DNA from: Octopus sinensis
Lineage: Eukaryota
Direction of reading: 5' to 3'
DNA length: 64,000 nucleotides
Assembly (NCBI RefSeq): GCF_006345805.1
Contig: NC_042999.1
Coordinates: forward strand, 118,172,001-118,236,000
Shown: piece by piece, positions 63,103 to 64,000 of the stretch
Numbering within the stretch: position 1 is the stretch's first letter
How the letters are laid out: every line of letters begins with the position of its first letter
The notes under the pieces: generated by a model
Seen by the model: the letters and a program-made list of their open reading frames with translations, nothing else
Database searches by the model: none
What the model was told of the DNA's origin: nothing
Made by a program: the position numbers and the translations under genes

Positions 63103-63165
63103 GGGAGAGAGAGAGAGAGAGAGCGAGAGAGAGAAAGAGAGAGAGAGAGAAGTGGGAGAAAGAAA
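63103..63165. repeat. (GA)n microsatellite
   Basis: Directly visible. Confidence 0.9.
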
Positions 63166-64000
63166 AATGATGAGTTGTGTTTATACAAGTTTAGATATAA
63201 GATATGCATTTCAATGATCATGTTTGTTTGGCTATTGCTTGTGACAAATGCATCTGCATGAATGTGGCTGTGTACATTAATGTTGTATCACATGCTACTG
63301 ACAGAACAGAAGAAACAGGAAAGTAAATAATTTGAACGTTTAGATAAATAAACTAAGGAAATATCTTCTGAATAGATAGTAATTTGTGAAATCAAGGAAA
63401 CAATAAAAGAAAAGAAAACAAAGAGAAAAAGCAGAGAGAAAAAGAAGAAAACACATGTTAAGCAAGTTAATTGGCTGATATGATGTCAAGTCCTCAAAAT
63501 ATAATGATTACTGTATTTTTTTACTTGCTATAAAATGTAATAAGTAAACGTACACATGTTGCTGAATATATTTTAAACAATTTTGAATTTATGTAGAACG
63601 TAAGGTGATTGACTGGCGAAGAGGATTAGATTTATGAATAAGAATGAGTTTAAGAAAGCTGTTAACGTAGTACATGCATGGAAAACTATACATTTTGTGA
63701 CAACAGTTAATAAGCATCAGTGGATATTAAGTTACCAGATCACTAAAAATTCATATAAACTTATTGTTGACTGCATTGGTTTAGTATGCTTCATCTTAAT
63801 CAAGCAAACAGATTTTCCAAATATTAATGCTAACATGCTGTTTACTATTATGAAATCATTCAATCTAGGGTAGCTTATAGGAATCTTAAAGTGCAGAAAT
63901 GATAAGTAATTCAATTTATTTATTGTGGGAGGTTCAAAGGTACAATTGATCTATGGGGACTTGAACTCAGCTTATAAAAAACTGTAACTTAATGAAGGTA

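Overview
AT-rich, microsatellite-dense eukaryotic non-genic DNA. The repeat content resembles a cephalopod (Octopus-type) genome; this is my inference and was not searched. I found no host gene, tRNA, rRNA or CRISPR array that I can support. The window is a patchwork of transposable elements: RTE LINEs (decayed copies at 0.2-3.6 kb and 52.6-54.3 kb, plus many 3' tails), R4/Dong-type LINE ends, several tRNA-derived SINE families, Helitrons, a Helentron-type non-autonomous element and mariner relics. Penelope-like elements (PLEs) are abundant: an uninterrupted but 5'-truncated RT+GIY-YIG ORF (39.9-41.7 kb), a GIY-YIG-only insert between ~430-bp near-perfect inverted repeats that each carry a hammerhead ribozyme (17.4-19.25 kb), a Poseidon-like relic and several pseudo-LTR remnants. 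By eye I found 11 hammerhead or hammerhead-like motifs. Two of them have the C3-G8 core pair swapped to G3-C8 and sit in an inverted pair flanked by a 14-bp duplication (10.86-11.2 kb). All alignments, folds and family assignments were made by eye, and boundaries of old elements are approximate.
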